A stretch of DNA of 64,000 bases from Candidatus Heimdallarchaeota archaeon. GTDB lineage: Archaea; Asgardarchaeota; Heimdallarchaeia; JABLTI01. The notes beneath the pieces were generated by a model. That model searched no databases, was not told where the DNA came from, and saw nothing but the letters and a program-made list of their open reading frames with translations. Position numbers and translations under genes: made by a program. Below are positions 36,997 to 47,092 of this stretch, in pieces. Where the stretch lies: assembly GCA_030614005.1 (NCBI GenBank), contig JAUWKS010000003.1:1354-65353 (forward strand), in the 5' to 3' direction. Within the stretch, counting starts at the first letter, position 1; the number at the start of each line of letters is the position of its first letter.

Positions 36997-39900
36997 ATGC
37001 AATTGATGCACAAAAATAGGTACCCCCCGCAATTAGTATTAATTGGCAGTTTATTCATATTTTTAATGTTATTCAATTCAGCTGTAAATGCTATCGAAGT
37101 GGAAGTTGGCAGTGAGGTAGGAATGACAGCAATACCGCCACAAATGGGTGGGGACTCTTTTGAGACACAAGCAACGAAAATCAATGGTTATGATTGGGAA
37201 GATGAGGAGGTTTTTGAAACATTTGCTCCGCTAAATGATTTGAAAATAGCTCTTGATGGCGATGAAAACGTTCATGTGTTTTGGTCTGGTGTAGAAAATG
37301 GTGATTATTATCTATTCCATAAAATTAGATACAAAGTAAATGAAACTTGGAGTGAAAGAGAAAGTTTAGGTACAACCTCTTCTGAAACTGGTGCAGTATT
37401 AGATGTCCAGACAGATGATGCCGGTATAATCCATCTTACCTGGCAACAAAATTCAATAGTAAGATACAGACGTTACAATTATGGTATTTGGGAAAATCCA
37501 CAGGTTGTCAGTAGTGGTATACATCCAACTATTGATATTAGTACAACAAACGGTGCTCCAAATGTAATTTACAAAAGAAAAGTGGATAGTAGGTATATAG
37601 ATTATAATTATTATTTTACTGAATATAATACTTCTACTGAAATTTGGAATGCAGAACAAATCGCTATGGGTGACTATTCTCCAAATGGAGGGTCATCTTA
37701 TGCTTATTCACTTGTAAAAGATGGAGAATTTGACAAACCGTATATTTTTACAAGCTTTCTAGATAGCTATTGGTATTGGGATGATTCATCAGGTTATTGG
37801 GTTAGAAAAGTAGTTGATACAATCAACTATAAAATACTGAGTCGAGATAGCGAGACTTCAACTTTCTCTAATGATGGATTTGATATTGAAAGTGCAATAA
37901 GCGTTACTGTGCCAGTAGTAACAAAACCACTGCTAATCAATAGTCCATCTGATGGGTTATTTGCTTTTTATAATAAACCAAAAGATGATGGAACTTATGA
38001 GATTACCTATGCTAAAAAAGCTGGCTCTTACTGGAGCAATCCAATAACACTATCTGATAAAGCTGCTCTGAAGTGTGAAATGACCGCAGTAGTGGATCAA
38101 TTTGGAAAAATAACCCTTATTTGGAATTATGTACACCAAACAATGATAGAAGGACAACTAAGATCGTCCGCTGAATTATATATGAAAACATTTTCTCCAT
38201 ACACACAAACATGGTCAGATGATTTACCATTAAATACTATAGAAATGTATACTCACTTTCCATCAATGACTCAAGATACAGATGGTAATTTGTACTTGGT
38301 ATACATCGATATAAATATCACTGATTCATCAGAGAAGAAATTAATTTTTAGAAAAGGTTGGACAGATTCGGATGAAGATGGGTTAACAAATAATGTGGAA
38401 ACAGAGATACATGGAACTGACCCTTATGACCCCGATTGCGATGATGATCAAATGCTGGATGGAGAAGAAATAGCATTAGGTTTTGATCCTTTTAACCCCG
38501 ATGAAGATTCCGATGGAATGGCAGATGGGTATGAAGTGCACAATGATTTAGATCCTTATAGTGACGATTCCTTGGGTGATTATGACTCAGATAACTTGAC
38601 AAATATGGAAGAATTCTTAGCTGACACATTTGCTAATGATAACGATACTGACGATGACGAAGTGAGTGATTATAACGAGTTAAAGGTGTATTTCAGTAAC
38701 CCGAAAAACCCTGATTCAGACGAAGATGGATTAAGCGATGGAATAGAAATAAACATTGTTGGTTCTAATCCAAATTCTAATGATACTGACAATGATACTA
38801 TGTTAGATTATTATGAGTGGACTAATGAGTTGAATCTGACTCTAAATGATACTTTTGAAGATTTTGACGGAGATGGATTGTATAATATTTATGAATTCTT
38901 ATACAATATTAAGGCGAATAAAGCAGATACCGAGGGGGATGGTTTGGGTGATTATGAAGAAGTAATGATTTATTTCACTATACCAAATAAATTCGATACG
39001 GATGACGATGGACTTTGGGATGGTATTGAAGTATACACCTATGGGACAAACCCATTATTACCGGATACAGATAGTGACTTTTTGTTAGATAAAACAGAAA
39101 TTGATGCCGGTTTAAATCCCGTCGATAACGACACAGATAATGATTTAATGCTAGATGGTTATGAATATATTTTTGGTCTTGATTACTTTGATGATTCAGA
39201 TGCAAATTTGGATTATGATGGTGATACTCTTACAAATCTAGAAGAATCTTATTTATGGACAAATCCATTTGATGATGATTCTGATGGCGATAAAATAGTT
39301 GACAATTATGAGCTTGAATTAGGTAGTGATCCTGCAAAATATGATACCGACGACGACGGTTTAAACGATTATAATGAGATATTTGTAATTGGTTCTGATT
39401 TTGATAATAATGATACCGATAGCGATGGTTTGATAGATGGCGATGAAGTATTTATTTATCAATCAAATCCACTCATTGTTGATTCCGATGGTGACACTCT
39501 CGATGATGGTGATGAAGTATATATTTATCACACAAATCCTGCTTCTACAGACACCGATGGTGATCTTCTTGCTGATAATTTAGAGTTAGATAACAATTCA
39601 AATCCACTGGTCGTTGATACTGATTTAGATGGTATGGATGATTATTTTGAATGGCTCTATGGACTTGATCCCACAGAAGATGATTCACTAATTGATACCG
39701 ACCAAGATGGTGTGCCAAACTTCGAAGAGTATCTTCATAATACTAATCCTTTGGTTAATGATACAGATCTGGATGGCTTAACTGATTTCGATGAAATTTA
39801 TGTTTATTATACTGCTCCTGATTCCAACGATACCGATGAAGACTCTCTTGCAGACTACGATGAAATAATGGTTTATGGAACATCCCCTCATGATCCAGAC

Positions 39901-40260
39901 AGCGATGACGATGGCATTTTAGATGGAGAAGAAGTTAGGATTGGTACTGATCCCACAGAAATTGATTCTGATAAGGATGGTGTTTCCGATGGTCAAGAGC
40001 TTTTAGATGGAACAGATCCCACTGACTTCTATGACAACAAAGATATCAGACGCTCGCGCTTACTGATCGTCACCTTTTCTGTTATTGTTGGAGGCATTCT
40101 TGTGTATTATATTGGTCCCTTCCTTATCATAAAATTATCACGTAATGAAGAAACTAAATGGGTTCAAGAAGGACTTTTATGGCGAAAACGGAAAGGAACT
40201 GAAATCCTCGAAACGTCACCTCATTCTGAAGAAATTTCGGAATCGAATATGGAAGAATAA
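36997..40260 (+). CDS. Large type-I membrane surface protein with an Asp-box-like beta-propeller, about 25 TSP3 calcium-binding repeats, a C-terminal TM helix and a short cytoplasmic tail
   Basis: Signal peptide ([20 protein letters not shown]); W-containing blade motifs ([30 protein letters not shown]); TSP3 repeats from about residue 455 to 1010 ([36 protein letters not shown]...); [26 protein letters not shown]; tail of about 45 aa. Confidence 0.6.
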   Translation: MQLMHKNRYPPQLVLIGSLFIFLMLFNSAVNAIEVEVGSEVGMTAIPPQMGGDSFETQATKINGYDWEDEEVFETFAPLNDLKIALDGDENVHVFWSGVENGDYYLFHKIRYKVNETWSERESLGTTSSETGAVLDVQTDDAGIIHLTWQQNSIVRYRRYNYGIWENPQVVSSGIHPTIDISTTNGAPNVIYKRKVDSRYIDYNYYFTEYNTSTEIWNAEQIAMGDYSPNGGSSYAYSLVKDGEFDKPYIFTSFLDSYWYWDDSSGYWVRKVVDTINYKILSRDSETSTFSNDGFDIESAISVTVPVVTKPLLINSPSDGLFAFYNKPKDDGTYEITYAKKAGSYWSNPITLSDKAALKCEMTAVVDQFGKITLIWNYVHQTMIEGQLRSSAELYMKTFSPYTQTWSDDLPLNTIEMYTHFPSMTQDTDGNLYLVYIDINITDSSEKKLIFRKGWTDSDEDGLTNNVETEIHGTDPYDPDCDDDQMLDGEEIALGFDPFNPDEDSDGMADGYEVHNDLDPYSDDSLGDYDSDNLTNMEEFLADTFANDNDTDDDEVSDYNELKVYFSNPKNPDSDEDGLSDGIEINIVGSNPNSNDTDNDTMLDYYEWTNELNLTLNDTFEDFDGDGLYNIYEFLYNIKANKADTEGDGLGDYEEVMIYFTIPNKFDTDDDGLWDGIEVYTYGTNPLLPDTDSDFLLDKTEIDAGLNPVDNDTDNDLMLDGYEYIFGLDYFDDSDANLDYDGDTLTNLEESYLWTNPFDDDSDGDKIVDNYELELGSDPAKYDTDDDGLNDYNEIFVIGSDFDNNDTDSDGLIDGDEVFIYQSNPLIVDSDGDTLDDGDEVYIYHTNPASTDTDGDLLADNLELDNNSNPLVVDTDLDGMDDYFEWLYGLDPTEDDSLIDTDQDGVPNFEEYLHNTNPLVNDTDLDGLTDFDEIYVYYTAPDSNDTDEDSLADYDEIMVYGTSPHDPDSDDDGILDGEEVRIGTDPTEIDSDKDGVSDGQELLDGTDPTDFYDNKDIRRSRLLIVTFSVIVGGILVYYIGPFLIIKLSRNEETKWVQEGLLWRKRKGTEILETSPHSEEISESNMEE

Positions 40261-40356
40261 TTCTTCCACTCATTTTCTTTTATTATAGTAATCGTTTTTT
40301 AAAAAATTAGCCTTTTGAAAAGAAAAATCCTCATAACAGAATTGAGGATTTAACAT

Positions 40357-41271
40357 TTATTTCTCAGCGATTATTGCGTCTGCAAACCATTTAGCATCAA
40401 AGGGTTTGAAATCAGAGTATTTTTGCCCTATTCCAATGAAAATAATTGGTGCATTTGTTGAATATACGATTGAAAGTGCTGCTCCTCCTTTCGGATCAGC
40501 ATCCACCTTTGTTAGGATACTTGCGTCTATTCCAACCATTTTATCATATTCTTTGGCTTGCATTGCTGCATCGTTGCCTGTGAGTGCATCTGCCACGAAA
40601 ATATTCAAATCAGGTTCAGCAACTCTAACGATTTTTTGGAGCTCTCTCATAAGATTTTTGTTCGTTTGCAATCTTCCTGCTGTATCTGCAATAACGACAT
40701 CAACTTTCTTTGAACGCGCATGCTGGATGGTATCATATATAACCGCTGCGGGGTCCGAACCGTAATCTTGTTTGATTATTTTAACACCCAGTCTCTGACA
40801 GTGTTTACTTATTTGATCTATTGCTCCGGCACGAAAAGTATCGCCTGCCCCAATAACTACTGTATATTTATTATTAATAAGAAACTGTGCGAGTTTTGCT
40901 ATGGTAGTAGTTTTCCCTGCACCATTTGGTCCGAAAATAGCTAATACTGTTGGTTCTCCATTGGCTTTATTATCTTTAATAATCTCTAAAAGGTCTATTT
41001 TAACTTCTGGTGAATCAAGAATTTTTATTATTGATTTTCTTAAAGCATCATAGGTTAATTTCTTTTTACTTGAAAGTCTACCAACCTTTGTTTTTATTAG
41101 CTCCTGCTCAACCTCTTTTGCAATTTTCTCTGCAATAGGCACTGCAACATTGTTTGCAATTAAGGCAAGCTGTAATTCATACAACGGTTTCTCTAGAGCT
41201 TTTTCAGTCAAATCTCTTTGAGTGATAGCTTCTACAGCACTATTAACTCCATCTCTGAATTTTTTGAACAA
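40357..41271 (-). CDS. ftsY: Signal recognition particle receptor FtsY
   Basis: NG domain with IFGPNGAGKTTTIAKLA (G1), DTAGR (G3), TKVD (G4); 304 aa; sits in the conserved archaeal pfdA-ftsY cluster. Confidence 0.75.
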   Translation of the reverse strand: MFKKFRDGVNSAVEAITQRDLTEKALEKPLYELQLALIANNVAVPIAEKIAKEVEQELIKTKVGRLSSKKKLTYDALRKSIIKILDSPEVKIDLLEIIKDNKANGEPTVLAIFGPNGAGKTTTIAKLAQFLINNKYTVVIGAGDTFRAGAIDQISKHCQRLGVKIIKQDYGSDPAAVIYDTIQHARSKKVDVVIADTAGRLQTNKNLMRELQKIVRVAEPDLNIFVADALTGNDAAMQAKEYDKMVGIDASILTKVDADPKGGAALSIVYSTNAPIIFIGIGQKYSDFKPFDAKWFADAIIAEK

Positions 41272-41354
41272 AAGAAATCACCTTACGTTTTTGATTATTT
41301 ATAGAGGCTTTCGCTTTAATAAAGTATAATGAATAAATAAATATTATTCATTCT

Positions 41355-41822
41355 TTAGCTTACTAAGCTTGGATCATATTGAGCGGGAGCTGGACCCTGC
41401 AATTGTTGTATAAGAGTTTGCCCTTTTTGCTCGAGAGATCCCATTTGGTTAGCAATTTGGTTTAATTGATCTACTAACGTTAGACTTTCCTTTTCAACTT
41501 CTTCTATTCTCTTATCAATGCTTATTATAGCATCATCAACTGGTTTTGTTACAACTATTCCTGCACCAACACTATACAAAACATTCTTTGTGTCCAATGG
41601 TTTTGCTTTTAGCATTATGCCGCTGCCTAATTGCATCAAAGTTTCCTCTGGGTTCTTCTCTTCTTTTAAATTAACTAAAGTTGATTTTGATCTGCTTAAA
41701 TCAAGAATAAAACTTCGCAAAGTTTCTAATTGTGTCTGGAGTTGTTTACTATACTCTTCAAATTGTTGAAGAGTACCACTAATTTGTTGCAACTCATTTC
41801 TTAAATTCTCTTCATTACTCAT
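41355..41822 (-). CDS. pfdA: Prefoldin alpha subunit
   Basis: About 155 aa: coiled coil, central beta-hairpin region (GSGIMLKAKPLDTKNVLYSVGAGIVV), coiled coil. Conserved position between LX and ftsY. Confidence 0.65.
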   Translation of the reverse strand: MSNEENLRNELQQISGTLQQFEEYSKQLQTQLETLRSFILDLSRSKSTLVNLKEEKNPEETLMQLGSGIMLKAKPLDTKNVLYSVGAGIVVTKPVDDAIISIDKRIEEVEKESLTLVDQLNQIANQMGSLEQKGQTLIQQLQGPAPAQYDPSLVS

Positions 41823-41903
41823 TTAATTCACCAATTGTTGCCTACAATCTTTCCTAGTAAAAAAGTTTCTTACAGTTTAATTACTGTTCTTGTATACTTT
41901 ATT

Positions 41904-42173
41904 TTATTTTGAGACTGGGAGTTTGAGGTTATCGTTACCCGCAATTTCTCTCAAAATAGGACTCTTTAACTCTTGCATATCGATTTCAGCTACTTTGCGA
42001 ACTACTAACAATATTCTTGGAACTCTATGTTTGCTTCCGATCAGTGAATAAGCTTCTTCCAAAGCGTCTTCTTTTGATACGGCTCTTATTTCTATTTCAA
42101 ACATTTTTTTATTCTTCAGTGGTTTTCTCGCAAATAATATTCTGAAATTTTTTACTTGAACTTCATTTGTCAT
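41904..42173 (-). CDS. 50S ribosomal protein LX (eL20 / L18Ae family)
   Basis: 89 aa with ...AYSLIGSKHRVPR... resembling the LX GSKH.VPR core; conserved position between aIF6 and pfdA. Confidence 0.55.
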   Translation of the reverse strand: MTNEVQVKNFRILFARKPLKNKKMFEIEIRAVSKEDALEEAYSLIGSKHRVPRILLVVRKVAEIDMQELKSPILREIAGNDNLKLPVSK

Positions 42174-42256
42174 TTATTTTTGACCTTCTTTTTACGATTT
42201 GTTTGAACTGAAAATTTGATGTTTTTATTATTTTTGGATGAAATGAATAATAACTA

Positions 42257-42931
42257 TTAGCTTCCTTTCAAGGTTTGATACAATCTCTGCAACTCTGGGC
42301 CAGTTGTATCTTTCCCTGTCACTGCTCCTCGTGAATTTGCGAAAGCTCCTATACTAACATATGGAGTTCCTCTATTCATTGTTCCGACGTTAACTGGAAC
42401 ACCCAACTTCTCACTTAACCAAGTCATCTCCATCTCTGTTGTTAATGGGTGAGTTAATGCTCCTCTATTGGTTGCTAGAGCGTGTGAGCCAACTAAAGGT
42501 GAATTGATTATATTGCCTTTTTCTACTTCTACATCAAAAACTTCCTTAATAATAGAAACCGCTTCAGGCTCGAATTTCTCATGGATAATTGCTCCATTGT
42601 CATTTACGAGGATACAATTAGCTAGGCATGTGAGTTTACTTTGGACTACACCAATTTTTACATCATCAGTTAATGCTTCTTGAAGTCTTTTCAAATCGCG
42701 GTCACTGACAAAGTGGGGAACTAGAATTCCATTTGAATTAGCAACAGCTAATATTCCAATAAGATTTGTATCGCCTACATTCACCTGGAAAACTGGAACT
42801 TCTAGAGCTTTTTCGATTGCCTCTACTGCTTTCTGTTCCCAGAGTTCTGAGATGATAGCAAATTTATCTGTAGCAACACCAAATGCACCTAGTGAAGTTA
42901 GACCTTCAACAGTAGTGCGTATAATATTCAT
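42257..42931 (-). CDS. eif6: Translation initiation factor 6 (aIF6)
   Basis: Start at ATG 42931 (MNIIRTTVEGLTSLGAFGVATDKFAII), which matches the aIF6 N-terminus; repeated pentein-fold segments; about 224 aa. Confidence 0.7.
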   Translation of the reverse strand: MNIIRTTVEGLTSLGAFGVATDKFAIISELWEQKAVEAIEKALEVPVFQVNVGDTNLIGILAVANSNGILVPHFVSDRDLKRLQEALTDDVKIGVVQSKLTCLANCILVNDNGAIIHEKFEPEAVSIIKEVFDVEVEKGNIINSPLVGSHALATNRGALTHPLTTEMEMTWLSEKLGVPVNVGTMNRGTPYVSIGAFANSRGAVTGKDTTGPELQRLYQTLKGS

Positions 42932-43193
42932 TTCGTTCACCTTGTTTGATTTCAGAGGATCAATTTTCACCTAATACTAGTGAAGTATACAACCAGTACT
43001 AAGAAAACGATTTTCTCTATTTGTGCTTCCTTCTGAATTGCTATTTAAATCATTGTGAAAGAACGAGTTTTCATTGACTCATTGAATAAGATAGTAAAAA
43101 TATTTGAAATTCTGGAAAAAATGATTAGATTTGTTTGAAAAAAATACTAATTATATGGATAATTTTAAACTATATATGTGCACCAATTTTAGT

Positions 43194-44117
43194 ATGGCAT
43201 CTTTAAAGGTAGTCTCAATATCACATTCAATTGATCCCGATGGAATAGGGTCCCAAGCAATTATTTTTAGATACTTTAGAGAACTGAAAATTGAGCCTAT
43301 CGGTTTTCTTGCTGATTATCACAATTTTGTTGAAGTATTTCAACAAGCTTTAGAAGAAAAACCAAATGTTTTGATAATTAGTGATATTGGTATCAATAAA
43401 AGTCACTTCTCCGAGATTGTTGCCTATTTGAAGGAGCTTCAAGCAAGAAAAATTTGGATTGACCATCATAAAGTATCCGATGAAGAGAAAGCTATTTTGC
43501 TGGATGTTTTGGATGAATTTATTCATGATACAAAATATTGTGCTGCTGAACTTGTTCAAAAAAGGTTTATGCCAAATGACGAAATATCTAAGAAAATTGC
43601 TACAATAGGGCATAATGGAGATTTTGATGTTCCAGACAGGTTGACAAATATTTTCTATACATTGATTGACTATTACAGACTATCAATGAAAGATTTGATT
43701 AAAGTACGAGAAATGTTTGCAAAAGGCGATTTTGAAGATGAACAGTTTATCAATTGTTATCTTGAAGCATACAAAGTTTTCGAAGCAGAACGAGATCGAA
43801 TTAGTAATTCAAAAAAAGTACTAACAATAGCAGGGTTAACTATTGCCGTTGCTGAATCTGCTCTACTTCCAAGAGGGAAGGTCACTAAATTCTTATCCGA
43901 AATTGGTGCTCAAGATATTTATCTAGCAATTGATACTACTAATTTCCGAATAGGGATGAGAAGTGATAATTTTGATGTTGCAGCATTGGCTGCCAAATTC
44001 GGTGGTGGTGGGCACAAACACCGTTCTGGTTTTACCTACAAGGGAGCTCTTGATGAAGAGCAAAATTTAGATGAAGAGTTTCTCAAGAAAATTGAAGATG
44101 CTCTTAAAAATCCTTAA
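43194..44117 (+). CDS. DHH/DHHA1-family phosphoesterase (NrnA-like nanoRNase / pAp phosphatase)
   Basis: SHSIDPDGIGS (motif I), IWIDHHKVSDEE (DHH), C-terminal GGGHKHRSGF (the DHHA1 GGGH motif); probable ATG at 43194. Confidence 0.65.
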   Translation: MASLKVVSISHSIDPDGIGSQAIIFRYFRELKIEPIGFLADYHNFVEVFQQALEEKPNVLIISDIGINKSHFSEIVAYLKELQARKIWIDHHKVSDEEKAILLDVLDEFIHDTKYCAAELVQKRFMPNDEISKKIATIGHNGDFDVPDRLTNIFYTLIDYYRLSMKDLIKVREMFAKGDFEDEQFINCYLEAYKVFEAERDRISNSKKVLTIAGLTIAVAESALLPRGKVTKFLSEIGAQDIYLAIDTTNFRIGMRSDNFDVAALAAKFGGGGHKHRSGFTYKGALDEEQNLDEEFLKKIEDALKNP

Positions 44118-44201
44118 AGATAACAAAAAGCATATCCTTCTAGGTTTAATAATTCGTAATTGTAGAAAGAAGATATTGCGCTATTTGGAAGTTTATCAGA
44201 A

Positions 44202-45287
44202 ATGTTAGAAGAAAGGCAAAAACGTTTGAAAGAATTAATGAAAACTAATGGTTCAGAATGTTTACTTTTATTTCCTGGAGTAGATTTGTTTTATTCTACT
44301 GGTTTGGAAATACATGCAAGTGAACGATTGACTACAGCAATAATTCCAGCTGATACTGATCCAATAATTATTTGTCCCAGCTTTGAAAAAACACGACTCG
44401 AAAGAGGCATTGAAACAGGAACAATACGAACTTGGGCGGAAGATGAAAATCCGTTCGAATTATTAGGAAAAACATTACAAGAGCTTGATGTTGACCAGAA
44501 GCAGATAGCATTAGATAACAAATTATGGTTTGAGTGGTTTCTAAAAATTAGAGAACAAATACCAAAAGCAACCTTTGTCGATGCGAAAGCAATCGTTCAA
44601 GCATCACGATTGATAAAATCTGAGGGAGAAATTTCTTTACTTCGTGAAGCAACGAAAATAGCTGCTAATTCAATAAAAGATACATTCGCCGAAGCAGAAG
44701 TTGGTATGACTGAGCTTGAAATTGTTAAAATCGTCAGCGAGAAATTAGCAAAGGCAAGTGGAACGGCAGCATTTGCTACAGTACAATCTGGTCCTAATAC
44801 TGCAATACCTCACGCTGGACCTTCCGAAAGAAAAATAGAAAAAAATGATGTTTTACTTATCGATGCTGGACCTAAGTACAAGGGGTACCTTGGAGACATA
44901 ACCATAACTTCTGTAATTGGCGAACCCAGCGAGAAATTCAAGAAAATTTATGATATTGTCTACAAAGCAAACAGAGCTGCATTTGCTGTTGCGAAAGAAG
45001 GAATAATTGCAGAAGATGTCGATAAAGCAGCACGACAAGTTATTACAAAAGAGGGTTTCGGAAAATACTTCACTCATCGACTAGGTCATGGAATAGGTGT
45101 AGAAGTACATGAAGCACCCTACATGGTGTCTGGAAATAAACTTGTATTAAAAGATGGCATGTGCCATACAATTGAACCCGGAATTTATATTGAAGGTGAA
45201 TTTGGTGTGCGAATAGAGGATGACGTTGTTATCCGGAAGAATAATTGTGAATTCCTTTATGAAACACCAAGAAGGATTTGGGAGTGA
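44202..45287 (+). CDS. M24-family Xaa-Pro aminopeptidase / prolidase
   Basis: Creatinase-like N-domain plus pita-bread C-domain with HRLGHGIGVEVHE and DxGxxY...D metal ligands; 361 aa. Confidence 0.75.
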   Translation: MLEERQKRLKELMKTNGSECLLLFPGVDLFYSTGLEIHASERLTTAIIPADTDPIIICPSFEKTRLERGIETGTIRTWAEDENPFELLGKTLQELDVDQKQIALDNKLWFEWFLKIREQIPKATFVDAKAIVQASRLIKSEGEISLLREATKIAANSIKDTFAEAEVGMTELEIVKIVSEKLAKASGTAAFATVQSGPNTAIPHAGPSERKIEKNDVLLIDAGPKYKGYLGDITITSVIGEPSEKFKKIYDIVYKANRAAFAVAKEGIIAEDVDKAARQVITKEGFGKYFTHRLGHGIGVEVHEAPYMVSGNKLVLKDGMCHTIEPGIYIEGEFGVRIEDDVVIRKNNCEFLYETPRRIWE

Positions 45288-45793
45288 TCCCAGTCCAAAA
45301 TTATTTTTCTAGCTCAAATCTACAGTTAACTGCCGCAAGTGGTACGTATGTTCTTTTCATCGATGTTTCTAAAGATATCACTTTAGAAATAGGTTCACTT
45401 GGTGAAATAAAATTCGTTAAGGGATTCTATATCTATATTGGTTCTGCATTAAGTCCTGGTGGATTAGCAAAAAGAGTTGAAAGGCATTTGCGAAGTGAAA
45501 AGAAACTTTTCTGGCATATTGATTATTTATTGAATTCTTCTTTAACTGAAATTTCTGCAGTTGCTTGGATAGCAGATCAACAAAAATTAGAATGTTCAAT
45601 TTCACAGGAAATAGACAAATTAGTAGATTTGGTTTCTTCTATTTCCCATTTTGGCTCGAGTGACTGTAAATGCAAGGGTCATCTGAAACTGATAAAGGGA
45701 AAATCTATAAGAGACTTTTATAAAATAATTCTCTCAGTAATCGTACCTTTTGATTTCGTTTTCGAAAAATTTAGTAATAATCTCTCTAGGTGA
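45278..45793 (+). CDS. DUF123-family (GIY-YIG-like) protein
   Basis: GFYIYIGSALSPGGLAKRVERHLR matches the DUF123 signature (G-x-Y-x-Y-x-G-S-A...R-x-x-R-H). Overlaps the upstream gene's stop by 10 nt; start codon uncertain. Confidence 0.5.
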   Translation: MGVIPVQNYFSSSNLQLTAASGTYVLFIDVSKDITLEIGSLGEIKFVKGFYIYIGSALSPGGLAKRVERHLRSEKKLFWHIDYLLNSSLTEISAVAWIADQQKLECSISQEIDKLVDLVSSISHFGSSDCKCKGHLKLIKGKSIRDFYKIILSVIVPFDFVFEKFSNNLSR

Positions 45794-45880
45794 TAATTTT
45801 TTAAATAAGATTAATAATCAGTAGTTAATATATTGCCAATAAAAATAGTTTAGCTTTAAAAAAATGATTTCACAGATACA

Positions 45881-46462
45881 GTGGTTGATAAAATGTCCGA
45901 AGTTGACACAATTGAATATTTCAAAAGTCCAGGGAAAGTAAATACAGAGAAAGCATTGAAAATTGCGTATGAATACTCTGAAGAATATAAAATCCCCAAA
46001 ATAGTTATTGCTACTACAAAAGGAAGCACAGCAGCAAAAGCATTGGATATTTTCACCGATCTAGAAAAATTAGTTATTGTTACTCATTCATTCGGCTTTT
46101 TGAAGCCAGGTGAGAATGAAATGGATGCTGATTTGCTTGAACTACTTAAGAAAAAGAACATTTCAGTTCTAACAGGAACTCATGCTTTTGCAGGTGTAGA
46201 TCGAGCTATTAGAAAAAAACATGGTACATGGGAAATCGCAGAGTTATTTGCTGAAGTCTATAGAACATTTGGTCAAGGAACAAAAGTTTGTGCAGAAATA
46301 ACTTTAATGGCTGCTGATTCAGGACTCGTACCTATTGATCAGGATATCTTAGCTGTAGGCGGCACTGGTAGAGGTGCAGATACTGTGTGGCAAATTCAAC
46401 CTACAAATACCTTTAGTTTCTTTGATTTAAGAATGAAAAAATGTCTTTGCAAACCAATATAG
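45881..46462 (+). CDS. Stand-alone pyruvate-kinase C-terminal (alpha/beta) domain-like protein
   Basis: IVIATTKGSTAAKALDIF resembles the PK_C motif (ivv-T-x-SG-x-TA); about 190 aa. Confidence 0.4.
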   Translation: MVDKMSEVDTIEYFKSPGKVNTEKALKIAYEYSEEYKIPKIVIATTKGSTAAKALDIFTDLEKLVIVTHSFGFLKPGENEMDADLLELLKKKNISVLTGTHAFAGVDRAIRKKHGTWEIAELFAEVYRTFGQGTKVCAEITLMAADSGLVPIDQDILAVGGTGRGADTVWQIQPTNTFSFFDLRMKKCLCKPI

Positions 46463-46463
46463 A

Positions 46464-46934
46464 TTATTGTTCTAATCTTTTTGCTGCTTCAATTATGTAC
46501 TCTCGAGCGTTCTCTCGAGATGCTTGCTTGATTATTAATTGAATAAAGAAGTTTAGCTTGTCGTCATCCAAACTAAATCGTTCAACTAAAAAACCCTTTA
46601 TTTCCGCTTCAGATGAGTTTGTAGGTAAATCAGCAATATATTCAGCAACATCTAATATAGAAGCATCTTGAACTGTTTCCCTTTTTGGTATGCCAAAAAT
46701 TTGTTTTGAAAGTTCTTCCAAGTAATTGTTATGAGCTTTAACAATGACTTCATATTCTTCTCCTTCATACTTCGGTAAAATGTGAATTTCTAAAGAACGA
46801 TCCTCATTGCGCAAACTGTAACCCAATTCTTCATCAAAATTTGCTTTTCTTATTTCTACTCTTTCTTCTAGCTTATCGATGAGTGCTTCAACTTCTGAAT
46901 CGGATTTAAAATTGTAAATTAATTCCTTAGCCAA
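46464..46934 (-). CDS. Hypothetical acidic protein (156 aa)
   Basis: ORF with a TTG start; no motifs. Confidence 0.35.
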   Translation of the reverse strand: MAKELIYNFKSDSEVEALIDKLEERVEIRKANFDEELGYSLRNEDRSLEIHILPKYEGEEYEVIVKAHNNYLEELSKQIFGIPKRETVQDASILDVAEYIADLPTNSSEAEIKGFLVERFSLDDDKLNFFIQLIIKQASRENAREYIIEAAKRLEQ

Positions 46935-47092
46935 ATGAGTTCACCTGAAAGCCTAACACCAAAGTTAGTCTTTCTAATTACTATTGAACAATTCTAATTT
47001 TAATAAGTATCTATTTATGTTTAAAATTGAAAGAAAAAGAGTAATTGTTGGTAGTATTGTTCTACCAACTCTTCAATATATTTCTGGAATGT

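Noticed and set aside
42932-43130. Possibility of a missing rpl31e gene upstream of aIF6
   Set aside because: The 200-bp gap has no ORF of adequate length on either strand and looks like a divergent promoter region.
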